A stretch of 64,000 bases of DNA from an uncultured Desulfarculales bacterium (GTDB lineage Bacteria > Desulfobacterota > Desulfarculia > Desulfarculales > JAHJDS01), in assembly GCA_964569795.1 (NCBI GenBank), contig CAZMVB010000005.1, positions 107,092 to 171,091 on the forward strand, read 5' to 3'. The notes beneath the pieces are model-generated. The model was not told the DNA's origin. It saw nothing but the letters and a program-made list of their open reading frames with translations, and did no database searches. This document shows positions 59,484-64,000 of this stretch, in pieces. A program made the translations under genes and the position numbers. The first letter of the stretch is position 1, and every line of letters begins with the position of its first letter.

Positions 59484-61364
59484 TCACCGTCTTCGGCGTC
59501 GGCGCCCGCGCCGGACCGAACGGTTCCGGTCGCCGGGCCCCTGGGAGAGGTGGCGGATGTAGGCCCGGATGCCGTTGGTCAGACCCTGGGCCAGACTGAC
59601 GAGATAGGCCCGGTTGACGATCCGCCGCCGTTCCTGGGGATTGGACAGGAAACCGATCTCGATCAGGACGGCCGGCATCTCGGCCCCCATCAGCACGAAG
59701 AAGGGCGCCTGCTTCACCCCCAGATTGCGCACGCCCTTCCAGTGGTGTCTCAGCCCGGAGATCATGCCCCTCTGGACGAACCGGGCCAGCCGGGCCGATT
59801 CATTGATCCGGGTGTTGAGCATCAGGTCCTGGAGGATCATCCTCAGGTCGCTCATCTTGCGCTGGGAGGTGGCGTTCTCCCGGGCGGCGACGCGCATGGC
59901 GTCCCGGTCCGTGGTCAGGTTGAGGAAGTAGGTCTCGATGCCCTTGATCCGCGACAGGGGGTGGGAGTTGACGTGGAGGGAGATGAAGATATCGCCGGCC
60001 AGGGCGTTGGCCTTGGCCGTGCGGGCCTCGAGGGCCACGTAACGGTCCCGGCGCCGGGTGAGGATGACCTTCAACCCCAGTTGTTTTTGGATCCGCCGTT
60101 TCAGGAGCCGGGCCAGCCAAAGGACGATCCGCTTCTCCTTGATCCCATGGCAGCTGGCCCCCGGGTCCCGGCCGCCGTGGCCGGCGTCGATGATCACCCG
60201 TTTGATCTTCAGGCCCAGTTGCCGGGCCAGGCTGTAGCGCGAAGGCTTGACCCGGGCGGGTCCCCGGGGAGTGGTCTTCCGCCCCAGACGCCGGGCCACC
60301 GTCTCCGGCCGGTTCGGGTCACGGGGGACCCGGGCCTGACGCACGGCCCGCCGGCCCGAGAAATCGACCACGATCCGGAACGGACTCTCCAGGGCGAAGA
60401 CCTGAAACCGTTTCAACTGGTGCAGGTCCAGGACAACCCGGACCGTGTTCCGATCGAACTGACCGACCCTGATCCGCCGCAGCAGGCCGTGACCATGCTT
60501 GACCCAGTGTCTCAGGCGCCGGGCGGACCTGGCCTTGTGGACGTCGATGTAGAGCCGGTAATCGTGGCCCCGGCGGGGAGGCAGGAGATGATGCTCGAAG
60601 TCGGCCGGCCGGTCGAGGCGGATGACCACCCGGGTGTAGCTGGGGGTGGTCCAGTTCTGTATTCGCTCGACCAGGGCCGGTCCCTTGAGATGGGCGGGCC
60701 GCCGGGCCGTGTAATAGCGCCGGCGGGGCATCTTGACCGGGACCGGCCGGGTCGCCGGCCGCGACTTGACCCGGGGGGCGGCCTCCGGGGACGGCGCGGG
60801 CGGGGCCTGGCGGGCCGCCCGGGCGGGCGGGGCGGCCTCCAGCCGGGCCCGGATCACCTTGAGACGCTCCCGGGCCCGGGGGACCATGTCCCCCTTGGGA
60901 AAGAGGAGTTCGACCTTGAGGTATTCCCGGAAGGCCTTGAGGTCGTTTTTGAGCAGGAACTCGTTGATGTATCCGATCATGTACTGGGCGTCGTCGCCGA
61001 GCCGGCTGTCGGCGAAGCGCATCACCAGGCGGCGGAAGGCGTCCAGGGAGTGATCCAGGTCGGACCGTTTCCGGTAGCGTTGGTAGAGGTCCAGGTAGGC
61101 GTGGCCCAGGCGGAACATGGCCCTGTCGGCCAGGGGTCCCTGGGGCTCGGCCTTGTAGATGCGTTCGAAGCGATTGATGATCCGCCGCCACCGCTCTCGA
61201 AACGCGGGGGTGGCCGGGGTCTTCTTGATGGCCAGATAGGCCCGCACCGCCTGCTTGTACTGGGCCATCAGTCCCTGCCGGGCGACCGCCGTCCGTCCGG
61301 CCCACGGCGCCAGGCATAGCAGCGCCAGGACCGCCGCGATCGAGATGCGACCCCGGGCGGTCAT
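59484..61364 (-). CDS. N-acetylmuramoyl-L-alanine amidase (Amidase_3) with N-terminal TPR-like and AMIN-like regions
   Basis: Signal peptide. Catalytic domain VIIDAGHGGRDPGA...FISLHVNS. Basic low-complexity linker. Confidence 0.85.
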   Translation of the reverse strand: MTARGRISIAAVLALLCLAPWAGRTAVARQGLMAQYKQAVRAYLAIKKTPATPAFRERWRRIINRFERIYKAEPQGPLADRAMFRLGHAYLDLYQRYRKRSDLDHSLDAFRRLVMRFADSRLGDDAQYMIGYINEFLLKNDLKAFREYLKVELLFPKGDMVPRARERLKVIRARLEAAPPARAARQAPPAPSPEAAPRVKSRPATRPVPVKMPRRRYYTARRPAHLKGPALVERIQNWTTPSYTRVVIRLDRPADFEHHLLPPRRGHDYRLYIDVHKARSARRLRHWVKHGHGLLRRIRVGQFDRNTVRVVLDLHQLKRFQVFALESPFRIVVDFSGRRAVRQARVPRDPNRPETVARRLGRKTTPRGPARVKPSRYSLARQLGLKIKRVIIDAGHGGRDPGASCHGIKEKRIVLWLARLLKRRIQKQLGLKVILTRRRDRYVALEARTAKANALAGDIFISLHVNSHPLSRIKGIETYFLNLTTDRDAMRVAARENATSQRKMSDLRMILQDLMLNTRINESARLARFVQRGMISGLRHHWKGVRNLGVKQAPFFVLMGAEMPAVLIEIGFLSNPQERRRIVNRAYLVSLAQGLTNGIRAYIRHLSQGPGDRNRSVRRGRRRRRR

Positions 61365-63973
61365 CAGACCTCCCCCTTGAGCCGGTTGAGGACGTTCAAG
61401 GCCTCGAGCGGGGTCAGGCGTTCGACGTCGAGCCGGGCCAGTTCCTTGATCACCGGGTGGGTCGGGGCGGCGAACAGACTGATCTGCTCCTGGCCCGGGG
61501 CCGGGTGCTTGGCGCGGGCCGGGTCCAGCCGGGTGGTGCGGTCGGCGTCCTCGGACTCGAGGGTGGCCAGTACCTCCCGGGCCCGATCCAGGACCGCCTC
61601 GGGCAGGCCGGCCAGCCGGGCGACCTGGATGCCGTAACTCCGGGAAACCCCGCCCTTGATCATCTGCCGCAGAAACAGGACCTCGTCGCCCAGTTCCTTG
61701 ACGGCGATGGTGAAGTTGCGGACCCGGGGCAGGAGGCCGGCCAGGTCGGTCAGCTCGTGATAGTGGGTGGCGAACAGGGTCTTGACCCCCACGCCCTCCA
61801 GGGCGTGGAGGTGCTCGACCACGGCCCAGGCCAGGGACAGCCCGTCAAAGGTCGAGGTCCCCCGGCCGACCTCGTCCAGGATGACCAGGGACCGCGGCGT
61901 GGCGTTGTGCAGGATGTTGGCCGTCTCGCACATCTCGACCATGAACGTCGAGCGCCCCCGGGTCAGGTCGTCGGCCGCACCCACCCGGGTGAAGACCCGG
62001 TCAATGACCGGGACCAGGGCCGCCTCGGCCGGGACGAACGATCCGGCCTGGGCCATGATCACGATCAGGGCCGTCTGCCTCAGAATGGTCGATTTGCCGG
62101 CCATGTTGGGGCCGGTCAGGATGATGATCTGCTGGCGCTGATGGTCCAGGTGGACGTCGTTGGGCACGAACTGCCCGGCCGGCAGAAAGGATTCGACCAT
62201 GGGGTGCCGGCCGGCCCGGATGTCCAGCTCATCGCCGGCGTGCAGGCGGGGCCGGACGTAGCCGTTCTCGCGGGCCCGCTGGGCCAGGGCGGCCAGGGCG
62301 TCCAGGCGGGCCAGACGCCGGGCCGTATCGGCCAGCCGCCGTGAAGCGCCGGCCACCCGGTCCCGGATTCTTTCGAAGAGCTCGGCCTCGAGCTGGATCC
62401 GTTTCTCCTCGGCGCCTAGGACCTTGTCCTCGACCTCCTTGAGCTCGGGGGTGATGTAGCGCTCGGCGTTTACCAGGGTCTGCTTCCGGATGTAGTCCTC
62501 GGGCGCCAGGTGGGACTTGGTCTTGGAAATCTCGAGAAAGTAGCCGAAGACCCGGTTAAAACCGACCTTGAGGCCGGGGATGCCCGTCCGGCGTCGTTCC
62601 TTGTCCTCCAGGGCGGCGATCCACTGCTTGCCCTGGGTGGCCGCGGTTACCAGCTCGTCCAGGCCAAGGTCGTACCCGGCCCGAAATACCCCGCCCTCGC
62701 CCAGTCCGGCCGGCGGCTCGTCCACCAGGGCCCGGTCGAGTTCGTCGGCCAGGTCCTCGAGCCGGTCCAGGCCGCCGGTCGTCTCCTGGAGCAAGGGCGC
62801 CTGGGCGTCATTCAGCAGGTCCGCCGTGGCGGGCAGGGACAGGAGGCTAGCGCGCAGGGCCGCCGCCTCGCGGGGGCCGAGCTGGCCCAGGACCGCCCGC
62901 GAGCCCAGCCGCTCCAGATCGGCCATCCCGGCCAGGCGGCGTCGAATTTCGTCCCGCCACTCGTCCCGGTCGGTGAGTTCGGCCACGGCCTCGTGACGGG
63001 CGACGATCCGGTCCAGGTCGCGCAAGGGGTAGAGGAGCCACTGCCGCAGCCGCCGCCCGCCCATGGCGGTCATCGTGGCGTCCAGGACGTGCAGGAGCGA
63101 GCCCCGCCGCGAGCCGTCCCGCAGGGACCGGGTCAACTCCAGGTTGCGCCGGGTGGCGTCGTCGATGATCAGGGCCGACTCGTCGGACAGGGGGGTCAGC
63201 CGCAGGACGTGGCTGGGCTTGACCTTTTGCCGGTCCAGGACGTAGTTCAAGACGGCCGCCGCGGCCGACAGGCCCGCGCCATAGCCGCCCAGGCCGAAGC
63301 CCTCCAGGCTGGCCACCTCGAAAAAGTCGATCAGGTCCCGCGTCGCCCGGCCCGGTCCCGGGGCGACCACGGGATTGACCGTCCACTCGGCCCCGGGCGG
63401 GCGTGAATCCTGGTCCCACGGCCGCCCGTCCTGGCCCTCGGGCACCAGGAGTTCGGCCGGATCGAGCCGCCACAGCTCCTCGAGCACGGCCTCGTCGCTG
63501 GTGACCTCCTTGACCACGAACCGCCCCGTGGACAAATCCAGGGCCGACAGGCCGAAGGTCCCCGACCGTTCGACCACGGCCGCCAGAAAGTGATCCCGCT
63601 TGGGATTCAGGGCCTCGGGATCGACGACCATGCCCGGGGTGATCACCCGGATCACCTCGCGCCGGACCAGGCCCTTGGCCTGTTTGGGGTCCTCGGTCTG
63701 CTCGCACACGGCCACGGTCAAGCCGGCCTGGGTCAGCCGGCTCAGGTAGGTCCCGGCCGAGTGATGGGGAACGCCGCACATGGGGATGGGCCGGCCCTCG
63801 AGCCGGCCCCGGGAGGTCAGGGCGATGTCCAGAACCGGGGCCGCCTTTTCGGCGTCCTCGAAGAACATCTCGTAAAAATCGCCCATCCGGAAGAAAAGAA
63901 TCGCCTCGGGATACTCCTCCTTGAGGCTGAAGTACTGCCTGACCATGGGTGTCAGATTACCAGGGCGACCCAC
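61364..63973 (-). CDS. mutS: DNA mismatch repair protein MutS
   Basis: 869 aa with N-terminal TPMVRQYFSLKEEYP..FFRMGDFYE, Walker A GPNMAGKST and DEVGRGTSTFDG. GTG start at 63973. Confidence 0.95.
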   Translation of the reverse strand: MGRPGNLTPMVRQYFSLKEEYPEAILFFRMGDFYEMFFEDAEKAAPVLDIALTSRGRLEGRPIPMCGVPHHSAGTYLSRLTQAGLTVAVCEQTEDPKQAKGLVRREVIRVITPGMVVDPEALNPKRDHFLAAVVERSGTFGLSALDLSTGRFVVKEVTSDEAVLEELWRLDPAELLVPEGQDGRPWDQDSRPPGAEWTVNPVVAPGPGRATRDLIDFFEVASLEGFGLGGYGAGLSAAAAVLNYVLDRQKVKPSHVLRLTPLSDESALIIDDATRRNLELTRSLRDGSRRGSLLHVLDATMTAMGGRRLRQWLLYPLRDLDRIVARHEAVAELTDRDEWRDEIRRRLAGMADLERLGSRAVLGQLGPREAAALRASLLSLPATADLLNDAQAPLLQETTGGLDRLEDLADELDRALVDEPPAGLGEGGVFRAGYDLGLDELVTAATQGKQWIAALEDKERRRTGIPGLKVGFNRVFGYFLEISKTKSHLAPEDYIRKQTLVNAERYITPELKEVEDKVLGAEEKRIQLEAELFERIRDRVAGASRRLADTARRLARLDALAALAQRARENGYVRPRLHAGDELDIRAGRHPMVESFLPAGQFVPNDVHLDHQRQQIIILTGPNMAGKSTILRQTALIVIMAQAGSFVPAEAALVPVIDRVFTRVGAADDLTRGRSTFMVEMCETANILHNATPRSLVILDEVGRGTSTFDGLSLAWAVVEHLHALEGVGVKTLFATHYHELTDLAGLLPRVRNFTIAVKELGDEVLFLRQMIKGGVSRSYGIQVARLAGLPEAVLDRAREVLATLESEDADRTTRLDPARAKHPAPGQEQISLFAAPTHPVIKELARLDVERLTPLEALNVLNRLKGEV

Positions 63974-64000
63974 TGACTCTCCTGCAGGATGGTAATAATT

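Noticed and set aside
1-64000. Searched by eye for tRNA/tmRNA genes (especially at the element junctions), rRNA, selenocysteine recoding in the molybdoenzyme, and IS elements with terminal inverted repeats.
   Set aside because: I saw no T-loop-like GGTTCGAATCC strings or cloverleaf candidates. There is no in-frame TGA in the DmsA-like gene. No transposase ORFs were seen. A tRNAscan/Infernal run would be needed to exclude small RNAs formally.

Overview
High-GC bacterial chromosomal segment (well above 60% GC by eye, not computed). The gene content fits an anaerobic Desulfobacterota/deltaproteobacterium-like organism: rubrerythrin, NifU/NifS, a DmsAB-like molybdoenzyme with no Tat leader, an ADP-forming acyl-CoA synthetase and an OYE-type reductase. 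The taxon is inference. The right third (41.8-64 kb) is ordinary housekeeping: aminotransferase, PilZ, nifU-nifS, xseA-xseB-ispA-dxs-tlyA, GTP-PEPCK, MaoC, HIT, amidase, mutS. Three parts stand out. (1) 9.9-16.8 kb, plus a partial copy at 3-296, is a single-strand run of secreted proteins. It is dominated by a paralogous family of hyper-cationic, cysteine-patterned mini-proteins (provisionally CARP-A to F). These are interleaved with a DUF2569-like membrane protein, a serpin with P1 Arg, a CC-rich mini-protein and two unknown secreted proteins. This is my best candidate for an undescribed system. (2) 19.97-21.85 kb holds three arrays of a structured 91-98 nt tandem repeat placed after three unrelated genes, together with a duplicated SDR gene end. 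(3) 30.58-37.77 kb is a 7.2 kb integrative element with a large serine recombinase that splits a yjbQ (UPF0047) gene. It is followed by an AT-rich islet encoding a nuclease-like protein and a trypsin-like protease. I saw no rRNA, tRNA or CRISPR array. Many long ORFs in the track are antisense or overlapping high-GC artefacts and were not called. Several starts were moved to internal ATGs that have Shine-Dalgarno sequences.
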